A stretch of 64,000 nt of DNA, taken from assembly GCA_030141605.1 (NCBI GenBank), contig JAQGDQ010001016.1:6119-70118 (forward strand), written 5' to 3'. The notes under the pieces are model-generated. The model saw only the letters and a program-made list of their open reading frames with translations, ran no database searches and was not told the origin of the DNA. A program made the translations under genes and the position numbers. This document shows, one piece after another, positions 38,359 to 59,540 of the stretch (position 1 is its first letter; the number at the start of each line of letters is the position of its first letter). This DNA is from Tubiluchus corallicola (Eukaryota > Animalia > Priapulida).

Positions 38359-40141
38359 TGAAAAAAGTTAAAAATTGAAAAACTCCAATGTGCGTTTGTG
38401 CAAAACAAAGATAATTCAGTTGCTTATTTAACGAAAAATCCAACAATTCAGAAAAACGATTATTAGCTAAAAATATTGTATCTTACATAAGTATACTTAT
38501 GAACTGGGGCTTTTAATAGCTGCATTCTTTACGGGCACAAGACACAAACTAAAATAAATTACACTAAGTTTAAAACTGTTGGAACTACGATCATTTTATT
38601 GTCATAAGTATTTACAATTTTTTCTGGACGATAATTCGACGACCGTCTGGCTGGCATTTTGCTTTACAACAACTAAGTTTAAATTTTTACAAAACTTTAT
38701 ATTCTGCACATAATCTGCATGTAACAATTTAGTTCTCTTTGTAACGATTGGCTGGATAATTCTTTTTATAATTATAAGCACTCGTTTTCAGGAATCAGTT
38801 AGAATTCGCAGAAAGTGAATTCATTCTCCATATTTTCAACATTAAATTTTGTTTGCGTCTTGCGGCCAAAGAGCGAGTGTTTGTAAGAAAAATGTGTTGC
38901 GTCATCAAGGTAGGCGGGGCTAAACGCAGCTTAAGATCTGCGTGTTCCTCCTACGGCTTCGAGTCAAATTCAAGTTTCTCTCGATATTTTTCTCATCTCT
39001 TTTCTGATTGTCAATTACATGCCCCATATACTTACTTTAGTAATGCGTCACCTGTGTTCAAGTCACCTGTTGGTAAATTGCTCATTGGTTAAACAGAAAG
39101 TACTTTAGATTTTTGCCATTGAAGTCATTGTCTTTTGCAGACTGATTATAAATAAACTTTTAGGTAAAATTCTTCTAACCAATACAATTACAAATTTACA
39201 AACAGGAGAGTACAAACACAAGGTGCATGCTTGCTTAGTTTATTACATCCTAACAATGTCTAGTGAGATTTTTATTGCAGTTACTCTTTGATACAGTGAA
39301 ATCTGTTTAGTTGTTTGCTTTGTGACATGCAAAATATGTGCAATGTAGTTTCAGCATGAGTAGAACAGACAACATTTGAACTTGGAGGAAAAATGGAAGA
39401 CAACGAACAACATTGTGAAGGTGACATTGTTGCAAGAATGAAGACGCGGCTTATAAAAATGCAATAAAAACTTAACATATATAAAGACCAACTTCTTGTG
39501 TAAGTAGAAGTGAGTACCGAAGCGAGAGGCAGCTGTTTGATATTGTAGACATTACAAATCTGTATTTGTAATCCGTTGCTATTGTTTCCTGGACTTAGTA
39601 AGTACGCAGATCTTTACTATAGTAATTTGACGTAATACGGATGAAAGTTTTTGAACGTAACGTGTAACTGTGTAATACAGTCATGTTAACTCAACTCTTC
39701 AAGTGCTTCAAGCTGATGTATTCATAAGGAAATTTACACGCAGTTTAAAAATTTGCAAAGTTTTCCCTAAAGAAAAAAAATGTTAGCGTATTTCGTCAAT
39801 CTTGTCAATTTCAATTTGCAATGCTATTGGAGGTTGTTCCACATTTCATTTGCATCGTGGGTCGAAACTTTGTGTATATGCAGCAAGTACGCTCTTTATA
39901 TTTTGTAATATTCGTTTTAACATTAATGCTTCACAACGGAACACAACGAACTTTTTTTAATTTGGTTAATCTCTTGCTGCACATCAATTGCAGATTTTTC
40001 ACAAAATAAATTAATTCTTATTAGCTGTCGTTTAAAAATATCAACACTGTAAATTTCTTTTTGTTGTTTGTGTAGTTAGTCGTAATAATTCCAACCCTTT
40101 CATTTCTAATTTGTTTTTGTTTGTTGACAAACAGATGTAAA

Positions 40142-47241
<7,100 letters not shown>

Positions 47242-47905
47242 TTTTATGCTTGTGTAGAAGATATTGATTTAGTGTGAATAAGATTCCTATAAAACCTGCT
47301 TTTGAAGGTTTGTTTGCTAGAAACTTCTTGTTTTCGTATTTTTGCCTCGGAGTAGGCCTAATATGCAAATCATGTTAGTAGATGTTAGTGGTTGAAAACT
47401 TATGTTATCACAAGATCGTCAGTTGATTGTATTAGGGTATCGACGGATGATGATCGTTACGATGTTAGCGTATATTAGAAAGTACTGTGTGCAGTACATT
47501 ATGTAGCTTATAGTTCTTTCTAGGGCATTTGAGGTAAAGAGTAGTAGCTTAGAGATGCTAAAGTGATATTTTATGTTAATTATATAATTTGCCATGCAAT
47601 AACATAATTATTTGTCATTTACACTATCAATTGCTCATTATGTTAACTCGTTACATAAACCCTACTGGTTACCTTCAGTAGTGTATTTAAGACAAATTAG
47701 GGCTGTAGTATGCTAATTTCTCATCATGTGTAATCTGATATGTGCATAAGTCAAACTGACACTTGTACTGCTATTAATCTATTTTTACTAATAAATTAGA
47801 CTGCTGTTCTATTTGAATTATAATATATTTGAAATTTTATTTGAAGAACGTTTTGCATTACATGAATTATATTAAACTCGAAGCTGTTTACTAACTATAA
47901 AGACT

Positions 47906-47943
47906 TGAGAGAGAGAAACGGAGAGAGACAGAGAGACAGAGAG

Positions 47944-48028
<85 letters not shown>
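47906..48028. repeat. (GA)n microsatellite
   Basis: Long gagaga run. Confidence 0.95.
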
Positions 48029-48031
<3 letters not shown>

Positions 48032-49856
48032 GCGTCTGAAATATTACAAAACACCACGAATTATTTTAAGAAAGCATTCTTTAATACAGGAATGTTAAAT
48101 TGGGAACAAGAAGAGAATCAATTCAATTTTGAAAGTGAATGTGTACCTTCTTCATCTTACATCTCACGTAAAATCAAAAAGAAATGAAGGGAGTGTTGCT
48201 AAAAACGAATTTTAGAACTGAGTAGGACATTACATTTTAGAAAAAAGCTGAGTTCAGCAATATATATTTATTTTCCTGCCGATCAACAATCGATCACTGC
48301 TCGTTTGAAACTGCCATCAAGTTATGAGTACCTCTACTAAAATAGTAGCCTGCTCTACAAAGAGGAATATTAGGAGGGGAGATTGTCGGTTAAGTGATAG
48401 TATTATATGGGCAGATGTACCTATAATTCTATGCAATCGCATTACGAACATTTCGCAAAAAAGGCTGTTACTGAAGAAAGAGGTGATGGGTTCGCGAAGT
48501 TTATTTTATTTTATTTCTCTTTATTTTAAATCAAAGATGCAGAATTAGGTATGAAGTTTCTACTGAAGGCGAAAATCGGGGATGGGGAAAGCGGGGCAGG
48601 TCGAGGTACGCATCTGCTCCGTGTTTGTGAACAATGTTAAGCAATGCTGCATTGGTTAAGAAATGGACTGGAGATTGCCATAAAAAATTGCTTCTGTGTA
48701 TCTGCTGCACTGGTCATAGCTACTTATTTTGCAGAGGAAGGTAGAGTAAACGTGGCTACACTAGACCACCTAGCTGTGGCAGCCCGCAAAATCAGAATTC
48801 GTTCCCTGGAAACTTAAAGTCCAACTACCAATATTCTGTAAGACAGCTCCTTTAAGGACCTCTTCTTTTTTTTAAAAAAAGACAAATAAACAAAAGTAGT
48901 TTGTTAGTGTCCAATAAAACCTTCAGTCTGGATACGCTATGTGCATATTGAATCATCAGTTGCTCTTATTAGTATATAATAGGCCTATTGTATATCAAAG
49001 ATAGTCTATAATTTCTGATGATGGTCAAACATTTATATCTTTCGTAGTTTTTGTGAGATTTACTGCAGCCATTGCTTGTTCTGTAGTGAATGTGGACATT
49101 ATTTTTCAAGTAAAGTGTTAAATAAAAAAAGATTAAAGCAATAAACCCTCGTGCGCCTGGTGAAATATTGTAAATAGTTAAGGTCACGTTCAACGAAAAA
49201 TAGTTTCTCCACGACATTTTGGTGACTGTGGTACAGTATTTTCACGGTTTTACGCAGGTGTTTTTTTAACACAAACGTTTTACTTGTGCAGTGGTACAGC
49301 ACATAACGTACAATTTGCACCTTGTTGTCATATGTTTATGGTGACTACGTATAGTTGATATAGTCGATTATAAATTCCTCCATTCTTGATTCTAGACAAG
49401 TTGTCTCGTCTTATAGCAACATGCTTGATAACAACACTGTTACTTGACAATTAAAAATATTATTAACTTGAAAACCGAATCGTGGCGGTTTGTCTGTTAG
49501 TGTACTAAATTGTGCAAAAATACGTTTTAATATAAAATGGAGGGTTGAGTTTCCTTTAGGGGAAATGCTGGCATGTAAATCACAAGACGTTCGAACTTCA
49601 GGAAGCCAGGTCATAAAAGAGCGTACATCTGCAAGAAACGTTTGCAGAAAATCGAGGTTTGGGTACGGGTGGATAGGCAGTTAAGTAGGTAGGTTATAGA
49701 GTCATAGATATTTGGAAGGCGAATAGGTGAAAGTGAGTAGGTAGTGTCTGTGCAGATGGATGGATGGGTTTGGGTGTATGGATGGATGGATATGTTGGTA
49801 ATAATATTAGAATTTTAATAATTCTATGAAAATGGGCAAAATTTAAATATGCCGTT

Positions 49857-50314
49857 CTGTGGCGGCTCCTAGCTAAACTTAGTGGGGGGGGGGTGCTGCT
49901 TCAGAAAATGTTTAGCCATTGTTTTAATACTGTGTAAAAACGAAACAAACATGTAATTTTAATGTAGTAATTTGTAATTGTAATTTTAATCAAACAAACT
50001 TAAGAAACTTTATACATATACTTGAAAAAACCCTAAACAAAAAACATTTTTTGCTTGCTAATAGCTTAAATACTCATAGTTCAAGATTGGCACATTCACG
50101 GTGAGCACGTGGCAACTGACAAGCAGCTGTGTGAGCGACAGTACTTTCTCTACCTGCGCCCAGACATGTGTGCATGACCGCATGTGCTCAACAGCCAAAC
50201 ACCGAAATAACAACTAAAGAAAAGAATACTTATTATATTGAATATTGTAGAAAATATTGAGGTGGAAATAGGTGGTGCAGCAGTTCCACAATACCTATAC
50301 ACGAGCAGCCACAA
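49857..50314. mobile_element. Probable hAT-type MITE
   Basis: Imperfect termini ctgtggcggctc ... gagcagccacaa with imperfect 8-bp flanks atgccgtt and atgccagt. Confidence 0.45.
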
Positions 50315-52419
50315 ATGCCAGTGAATTAAATTCTAGGTTATTAAGTTGTCCAACTTATCTAAATGCTTGTTGACAATATGGTGGTCGTTTTATAAAACAA
50401 TTCTTACAACGCTGTCATTCTTTCTCTGTAAGTAAGACTATTATTTTAATAAATGATTTCAATGTATTTTGTTACTCACTCATTCACTGTTCTTAGGTGA
50501 GTAACAAAACCGCAAACTTTTACATTATTGAAGCTGTAAAGCTTCGTAGAATAAGTTTCACTCTTATTGGCACAAAGGAAAATTGCTCCATATAGAATTA
50601 CTTTAAAAATGGTCATTCCAAATTGTTGTTGTGGTTATCATTTAGAAAACTCAGAGTGTTTCATCCCTGACTGCCCTAATTATTATCATCCAGCCAGAGA
50701 TGCTATATTCAGACAATTAAATAACATATTGTCACCTTTCAATATCAATTATTTTACAATACACTAAGAGTTAACTGTTATCATTGTATCTTCTTTGGAG
50801 GTAATGATTTTAATGCTGATGTTAACTGTAAAATGTTTGATTGCATTCAGAATTATATTATGAGTACTAAACAGTTTAATAACTGATAACTGATTGTATG
50901 ATAACTGTGTAACTCATGCTTATCAATATGTGCTTTTGGATGTACCACGTGACCTTCTGGATGACTGAGCAAAACTCGACCACACTTGTCTTGAATATTT
51001 TTTATTCCTAATATACTTACGTAGGTAGAGGGAAACGTATTGCAAAATTTTTAAATAAAAAATACCCAAAATTCTTACAAATAATTGGAAGCTATATTTT
51101 AACACGTGTAGTGGGATTATTTTACCGAATGTTAATAAAACTGATAATCAGGCCCTGCCAATATGGATGGCAAATTTAGTGTTTAGTCAAATAAAAGTGT
51201 GTGCATTAATGTAAACAGCAGACAAAAATTAAATGCAGTAATGCAAAAATAACGCTTACCCAACGTTTCACCTTCAGATTGTATTTTTTGCTTTTTTCAG
51301 CTTTCAGCTTTTTTACGTTTGTGTTTGCGATCATTACAAAGTGCTGCCATTAGTGACACTGCCATAATATGGGCAGTATTTAAATGTGTACCATGGTTTG
51401 CCGAATGAGTTGACCCTATGGTTGTTCACTGCTGTTTCTCCATTGAGCTACTATATAACACTACAGTTAACAGTACACTGTAACTGTATTTCCTTCTACA
51501 CTACAAAATATTTTTCAATTTAATGTTTTAAAAATATCTGAACGTTTCTGTTTACTGTTAAACTTGCAGGAGATAAATAAATATATTACATTAAAAGTGA
51601 TTGGCCCTGAACGTATTAATGACATTCTTGTGCTTAGTTTGCTTCAAATACTGCTGATTTTAGTTTAAGCATGTTTTGGGTCAATATTGTTACCCATAGC
51701 CATCTCGTCTATAACTGTAGTCACTACTCAAGCCTCGCTATTAGACAGGACAGTGTTAATGAAAGAGCATGTCAAACCTCTCTAGACAGACTATTTAACA
51801 ACCAGGCCGAATATCAAACATCAACAAACTCTAATTAGTCATAAACACTAATTGTATTAATTTCCAGAACATCAGACAAATACAAGCAGACGGACACAGA
51901 AATCTTTTTCCTACTTGCTAAAGCATATCTATGGACAATGCCCACGCTAATGTGGACAATGCCCACGCTAATGTACAGTGATAGTTGCCCCGGCTACGAT
52001 AAAGTATTGTTCAGTGTTCATGTATAGATAGCTAGTATCAGTTGAATTACTTAACCTCGTCACATTTTTCACTGAGGAATACTTACTGTCAGCATTGTAT
52101 GAAATAAACGTGAAATCAACATTTGTTTTAATTTAGCTGGCAATTAACGACATGATTAATTAATTACATTATGACTGTGAATGCCGGAATGTTTATGAAC
52201 CACTGCAGTTTATTTTACCAATTTTAAAATATTCTTTAAATATTTACAAAACAGAGCAATTGTTTATAAACATGCTGACAATAATTTTGATAATGCTAGT
52301 TAATTTGAGAAAAGTGTTGATACCATGAGTATGCCCCTATTGTCATGGGTACAGCTGGTGCTGTTGAATTGTGAGCTACAGGCAGGAGATGTTGGATCTG
52401 CTCTGTCTTGCTGAACTAA

Positions 52420-52764
52420 TAGCTTAGCCGGCAGAACACGGGAGTAATCTTCTCAGGTTCGAATCCTGACTATAATTTTTCAAGGTCGCCTTTCTTTTTC
52501 AACTCATTAACCCATTTGGCAATAACTGCTAAAGATGAACTACACCGGGAGTAATAATCTCAGGTTCGAATCCCAACTATAATTTTTCAAGGTCGCCTTT
52601 CTTTCTCCAACTCATTAACCCATTTGGCAATAACTGCTAAAGACGAACCACACCGGGAGTAATAATCTCAGGTTCGAATCCCAACTATAATTTTTCAAGG
52701 TCGCCTTTCTTTCTCCAACTCATTAACCCATTTGGCACTAACAGCTAAAGATGAACCACACCGG
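52420..52764 (+). mobile_element. tRNA-derived SINE with a triplicated ~108-bp B-box-containing unit
   Basis: A-box-like TAGCTTAGCCGG at 52420; CAGGTTCGAATCC at 52454, 52561 and 52669 within near-identical tandem units. Confidence 0.7.
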
Positions 52765-53014
52765 TTTATAAGCATTTTGGCAATCACTGTTATTATGCAA
52801 GACTCGTGTTCATCTCACAGCTTCCACTCAGGTGTGTCGAGCTTTCATTTTGCCATTTCTTTCAGCCTGGGTATCTCTTGCTACTTTCAGTGAAGTGTGG
52901 TATCTGTGCATTGTGTAAGTGCTTACGACAAAATACAATCATTTTCTTGCATTTGCATTTTGTGATATAATCGCTTCACTGACTTATTCCATTCGTCTTT
53001 AATACCATCTGCTT

Positions 53015-53846
53015 TGCTCTGTCCTGAGAGGTCTCTAAAAGTGGTCTTGAACAACAAATCCGACAGAACAAGGCTCCTCATTTATGCAAACAATTCTGCT
53101 GTGAGTTTGAGAACTTTGTTGAGAGTCTCCTTGCAGACCTGCATAGTGAATTTAAATGGTCAGCAGAGCTGAAGTTCAGAGATATGTCATTTAAGCAGTA
53201 TTAAATTTATTCCATTCCCGCATTTTCTAATGACCTATTTTGAAGTCCTATATTTAGCAGAAATATTATTGCAACGTTGGGCTGATCTGTATCAAATGAC
53301 TAATTTATTGCAAAATACTTACTATGATAATACATTTGAGCCTACAAAAATGCGGAGGACGCGTACATGCTACACACATTTTCGGATAACATTTAACCTT
53401 TTGTTTTCAGATATTATACACTCTGAAAAATTCTGTCATCTGTAGAACTAAGTTCAGCCATGCATCTTTTAGCAGAAATTTCGAAAATGAGTGATAGTTG
53501 ACTGCCAGTAATGAAAAAACTGTGTGTGTAACACCGACCTTATTGTGAATTTTGCAAATACATTTGATCAGCCCAACATTCCAATAATATTTCTCCTAAA
53601 TATAGAACTTCAAAATGGGTCATTAGAAAATGCCAGAATGGAATAAATTGAATACTGCTTAAATGACATATCTCCAAACAGTCTTTCAGCTCTGCTGACA
53701 TTTAAATTCAAGATGCAGGTCTGCAAAGACACTCTCAACAATGTTCTCAAACTCACAGCAGAATTGTTTGCATAAATGAGGAGCCTTGTTCTGTCGGATT
53801 CCTTGTTCAAGACCACTTTTAGAGACCTCTTTAGATGACAGAGCAC
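53015..53846. repeat. ~275-bp inverted duplication (53015-53287 vs 53566-53846) of transposase sequence
   Basis: For example, aaggctcctcatttatgcaaacaattctgctgtgagtttgagaac is the reverse complement of gttctcaaactcacagcagaattgtttgcataaatgaggagcctt. Confidence 0.9.
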
Positions 53847-54215
53847 GAATCCATACATTGACAAGCTCCACTTTTGATTCAGAGTCCACTTTTACGAGTT
53901 CAATAGATGTCAAATATTCTACACAACTTGCTTCTCGCTCACGAAAAAGTAACTTACAAGTATGGCCAATACTTTTTTGTGGTTATTGCTGGTACTTTCA
54001 TTTATATTCATAGAGAAATGACAGGACTTTATATTCTGAAGAGTTTGAAAAGTTTTGCTAAGTCCATGAGTCATATTATATGATGCTGTAGTACAGTCCA
54101 TGCACAAGCTATCCGGAGATTTCTTGTCTCTAGCCAGCTCTTTGGACAAGTTGACCAAAACAGGTGACATTATGGAAGGCAGGTTATTTTCAGCCAGAAC
54201 ACCAAGCACCATTGC
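53560..54215 (-). mobile_element. Degenerate hAT-like DNA transposase fragment
   Basis: FSMNINESTS...VLAILVSYF and KSGLEQGIRQNKAPHL resemble the hAT catalytic region; frames are broken. Confidence 0.6.
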
Positions 54216-54977
54216 CTACAAAGATCAAAGTTCCATTACAGTCTTTTACAGACAATGTTTAATACTATAGCTACATGTGGACAATATGATACAAACACTG
54301 TAATACTGTAACATTGTTAATTACAGAGATGTCACCAGTTTGTTAATTCCAGAGATGTCACCAGTTTTTTATTTATTTAAAGTGCAAAAAAGATGGAATT
54401 TATTTAATGAGTAATTCAATCGTCAGGTTTTCATCGCAGCACTGGTTCTAAAATGGTGAACGCTATTCCATCACATACAGTAACTTAAAACTGCGGCCAC
54501 TAAGAATGAAATATCCAGTTAATTTACCTTAAGTCCAACAAAACCGTAAAAATGATCTTTCATCACTCTTTATATAGTACAGTTAAAAGTTAAAAGCACA
54601 CAAAAGGTTGAAAACTAATGTAATGTGCACCACCATCACCTATCATTGTAAAATATAATGCAAATATTTTTAACATAATTTTTCTTGTATTCACTTAAAA
54701 ATATCTGAATAACGTTTATTTCATCAAGTGAATTTAAGCAACTGACCACACGGTCACTAACTGGAATCAGAGGTTTCAATGTGCCCCTTGCCTTTTGGGA
54801 AAGGCTTGATGCCGCTTGGAACACGGGATACGGTGGTAACACAGGTCTCCTATTATCTATACAAATGCATTTTTAGAATTGACATTGAATTCATACATGT
54901 GATCACTCTTAGGCCTACATGCACATCTGGTACACTGCATGGATTTAGCTTATGCATTTTACATTACTGATTACATA

Positions 54978-55352
54978 CAGCCCCCCCCCCAATTTTTTAG
55001 AAAATGTCAAAAATTTGAAGGGTGTCAGCGGCTCGTAATGAGAGCAATAAGGTGTAAAATTGAGACAAAATGGGAATTCGTTTGAATTTCTTCAAATAGA
55101 TGGCGCTGACACAAATTTCACGCACGCGCCGTAGTTTCGCCACACCGCCACGTTTGAAATGCATTTGCGACAAATTATAAGTTTCCGTTGCTGTAGGCTT
55201 AAGTTAAATGCCAGTTGGGAATAAATAAATCGTTTTTCTTGCACGCAAAATACTGTGTGGGAATTCAAAATTATACGTTTTTTAAACAGTTAAGTTCGGA
55301 CATTATATACAGTCGGGCCCCCCTAATTTTTTTTTGGTGCAAGACGCCCCTG
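54978..55352. mobile_element. hAT-type MITE with 8-bp target-site duplication
   Basis: CAG...CCCCTG termini flanked by a perfect ATTACATA direct repeat (54970-54977 and 55353-55360). Confidence 0.7.
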
Positions 55353-56678
55353 ATTACATAGATAGCCTTGATCAGCCTTAGTAGTGATTAGGCTTGTCAG
55401 TTGGTACATCTCTGTAGTCATAATCAGCTCCCAGAAGCTAAAAACTGATTTCTTGAGAAATTATTGGGAATCCATTCATCCTCATCACCACTGTCTTCAT
55501 CTGTCTCTAACAGTGCATCATCAGGTGGCGTGATAGCACATCATGAACATTTGGAAACGATCAAAAGTATTGTACGTTGTATATGCTTAATGCATAGCGT
55601 CCTATATTTGGGACAATTGTATTTAGGCTATTGCTCAAAATAGGTATTTTTTATAAAGATGCATTAAATCATTTCCTTTAATATTAAAAAATTATCACGT
55701 ACACCCTGTAGTGTAATTGTTGCAATAAAAGTTTGAATATGATACTTAAATAAATAAATTCTCATTTTTTTTGTTCTGATATTTTGCTCAATATACAATA
55801 CAAAAAGATAAGTATGCTCTCTGCATAGTATTTTATGCTCAATTAACAATATTAATTGTTGTTTATTTGTAATTAATTTAATCAAATGTAGAATGTGCAG
55901 ACTTGCAATTTTTATCTATGAAAACAATCAGGACTGTTGTTCCTAGTGACAAGACAACATACAGTAAAAAACTCAAAATGTACCAGCTCTGATACCATAA
56001 AAACAAACTTGTTATGAATAAATAAATAAAATGAAATAATAATAATGAAATAAATAATAATAAAAAAATAATAATAATAAATAAATAATAACATTAACTT
56101 CCTGCATAAATGAAATCCAAAAAAGCTAAAAAATTTCAGTGATAATGTCAACCTTGAAAAGCAAAAATTAATCTACAGAACATCAACAATAACCATAAAA
56201 ACTCTAATATATAAACCTATTTCCCAATTGCTGTCCTATTTTACTGACTTCTAGTATGAATTACGTGAACTAACAAATGCCAGGATTATAACAAAAGAAT
56301 CCATTTAACAGCAAAACTTTTTACATAAAATCTAAAAAAATCTATAAAATCTATATATATATAAAATTTTTCTAAAATAAAAAAAAATTACAAAAATCAT
56401 CATGATCTCACAAAGGTTAAAATCGCAAACAAAATAAAGACAATTTAGGTCTAAGATAAAACTTTTTTTCAAAAAAGTCAAATATTCACTTTATTTTGAC
56501 GTAGCTTTCTATTATAAAAACCATAAGACAAGTAATAGAATACAGTAATTCCTAACTATACAGAAACAGGCTTAAGCACAGCTTTCATAAATGACGCCTT
56601 TTAAAACAAAACATTTGGTAATTTTACCATTTACAGAATTGGCTTGCATTCAACCTTAGCCATTCAAACTTAACATAC

Positions 56679-57035
56679 GACTAACGATAGACAACACACC
56701 TGTAACTACGCTAACGATAGACAACACACCTGTAACTACGCTAACGATAGACAACACACCTGTAACTACGCTAACGATAGACAACACACCTGTAACTACG
56801 CTAACGATAGACAACACACCTGTAACTACGCTAACGATAGACAACACACCTGTAACTACGCTAACGATAGACAACACACCTGTAACTACGCTAACGATAG
56901 ACATCAAACCTGTAACTACGCTAACGATAGACAACACACCTGTAACTACGCTAACGATAGACAACACACCTGTAACTACGCTAACCATAGGCAACACACC
57001 TGTAACTACGCTAACGATAGACAACACACCTGTAA
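56679..57035. repeat. 30-bp minisatellite, about 12 copies
   Basis: Unit cctgtaactacgctaacgatagacaacaca. Confidence 0.95.
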
Positions 57036-57099
57036 TAACCCTGAAACCACCACTACGCCCTCAGGATAACCTAGACGCCGCTAACACGAAGAAAAAACC

Positions 57100-57340
57100 T
57101 CCATCCTATGCTGAAAGTCCACATAATCATTGCAAATACGATCACAATGCAAATAAACCATTGGATTTTGAGGCTTCGCAAAAGAACTCTTGGAACCCAT
57201 AAATTAACCTAAAACCTGCTTATATACATAATCCCGATCTGTAGACACAGGTAAAAGAAGCAATAAAAATCAACATCCAACATAAGCAAGCTCAACTTGA
57301 CACTGGAACGTACATCAGCACGACTCACATTAGTGTATAA
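57100..57340 (+). mobile_element. Possible Penelope-like GIY-YIG C-terminal relic
   Basis: QVKEAIKINIQHKQAQLDTG resembles the R.xKEAI.I...LN.D.G motif; short and degenerate. Confidence 0.3.
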
Positions 57341-57663
57341 TTCAGCAAAGTCAAACTGTACTATTGCTCAACGAAGCAAAATATCCAAATTCTTCAAAGC
57401 AGTTGCCACCCCCGTACTATTTATAACAAATGTTTGTACCCCTAATTTAGACTGAATTTTCTGAAGCAAAACTTCATTTATCTTATCTAACTTCTTGCCC
57501 ACCAGTTCACTGCCAGTTATAATAGGTCTACATTTCAAGTGAAATTCAGTCTCCAGAGAACTATACTTCCATTTATGGAACATTCCCTTTCTGGATGTAT
57601 TACTCCAGCAATACTACTGAGGCTATAATGCTTAGGTTTTGCCTGCCAAGTCCTCAGTAGTAG

Positions 57664-59540
57664 TGACCTCTCTGTCTGCTCTACATGCTTATCTGAACCT
57701 CATTGACCTCTCTGTCTGCTCTACATGCTTATCTGAATCTCATTGACCTCTCTGTCTGCTCTACATGCTTATCTGAACCTCATTGACCTCTCTGTCTGCT
57801 CTACATGCTTATCTGAACCTCCTTGACCTCTCTGTCTGCTCTACATGCTTATCTGAACCTCCTTGACCTCTCTGTCTGCTGTACATGCTTATCTGAACCT
57901 CATTGACCTCTCTGTCTGCTCTACATGCTTATCTGAACCTCATTGACCTCTCTGTCTGCTCTACATGCTTATCTGAACCTCCTTGACCTCTCTGTCTGCT
58001 CTACATGCTTATCTGAACCTCCTTGACCTCTCTGTCTGCTGTACATGCTTATCTGAACCTCATTGACCTCTCTGTCTGCTCTACATGCTTATCTGAACCT
58101 CCTTGACCTCTCTGTCTGCTGTACATGCTTATCTGAACCTCCTTGACCTCTCTGTCTGCTCTACATGCTTATCTGAACCTCCTTGACCTCTCTGTCTGCT
58201 GTACATGCTTATCTGCACCTCCTTGACCTCTCTGTCTGCTCTACATGCTTATCTGCACCTCCTTGACCTCTCTGTCTGCTCTACATGCTTATCTGAACCT
58301 CCTTGACCTCTCTGTCTGCTCTACATGCTTATCTGAACCTCCTTGACCTCTCTGTCTGCTGTACATGCTTATCTGAACCTCATTGACCTCTCTGTCTGCT
58401 CTACATGCTTATCTGAACCTCCTTGACCTCTCTGTCTGCTGTACATGCTTATCTGAACCTCCTTGACCTCTCTGTCTGCTCTACATGCTTATCTGCACTT
58501 CCTTGACCTCTCTGTCTGCTCTACATGCTTATCTGCACTTCCTTGACCTCTCTGTCTGCTCTACATGCTTATCTGAACCTCATTGACCTCTCTGTCTGTT
58601 CTACATGCTTATCTGAACCTCATTGACCTCTCTGTCTGCTCTACATGCTTATCTGAACCTCCTTGACCTCTCTGTCTGCTCTACATGCTTATCTGAACCT
58701 CCTTGACCTCTCTGTCTGCTGTACATGCTTATCTGAACCTCATTGACCTCTCTGCCTGCTCTACATGCTTATCTGAACCTCCTTGACCTCTCTGTCTGCT
58801 CTACATGCTTATCTGAACCTCCTTGACCTCTCTGTCTGCTGTACATGCTTATCTGAACCTCATTGACCTCTCTGCCTGCTCTACATGCTTATCTGAACCT
58901 CCTTGACCTCTCTGTCTGCTGTACATGCTTATCTGAACCTCCTTGACCTCTCTGTCTGCTCTACATGCTTATCTGAACCTCCTTGACCTCTCTGTCTGCT
59001 GTACATGCTTATCTGCACCTCCTTGACCTCTCTGTCTGCTCTACATGCTTATCTGCACCTCCTTGACCTCTCTGTCTGCTCTACATGCTTATCTGAACCT
59101 CCTTGACCTCTCTGTCTGCTCTACATGCTTATCTGAACCTCCTTGACCTCTCTGTCTGCTGTACATGCTTATCTGAACCTCATTGACCTCTCTGTCTGCT
59201 CTACATGCTTATCTGAACCTCCTTGACCTCTCTGTCTGCTGTACATGCTTATCTGAACCTCCTTGACCTCTCTGTCTGCTCTACATGCTTATCTGCACTT
59301 CCTTGACCTCTCTGTCTGCTCTACATGCTTATCTGAACCTCATTGACCTCTCTGTCTGTTCTACATGCTTATCTGAACCTCATTGACCTCTCTGTCTGTT
59401 CTACATGCTTATCTGCACCTCCTTGACCTCTCTGTCTGCTCTACATGCTTATCTGCACCTCCTTGACCTCTCTGTATGTTCTACATGCTTATCTGAACCT
59501 CCTTGACCTCTCTGTCTGCTCTACATGCTTATCTGCACTT
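57664..59540. repeat. 40-bp minisatellite, 47 copies
   Basis: Unit c(a/c)ttgacctctctgtctgct(c/g)tacatgcttatctg(a/c)acct, with no spacers. Confidence 0.97.

Noticed and set aside
50567-50880. Possible LINE endonuclease fragment (GNDFNAD)
   Set aside because: Only one weak motif, too little to call.
52420-52473. tRNA gene
   Set aside because: A and B boxes are present but no cloverleaf or acceptor stem can be formed; interpreted as a SINE head.
56656-57027. 123-aa ORF of repeated IVSVVTGVLS
   Set aside because: It is a by-product of the 30-bp minisatellite, with no gene context.
57664-59540. CRISPR-like array
   Set aside because: Units are contiguous with no unique spacers, no cas genes are present, and the context is eukaryotic. 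The same applies to the 30-, 46- and 59-bp arrays.
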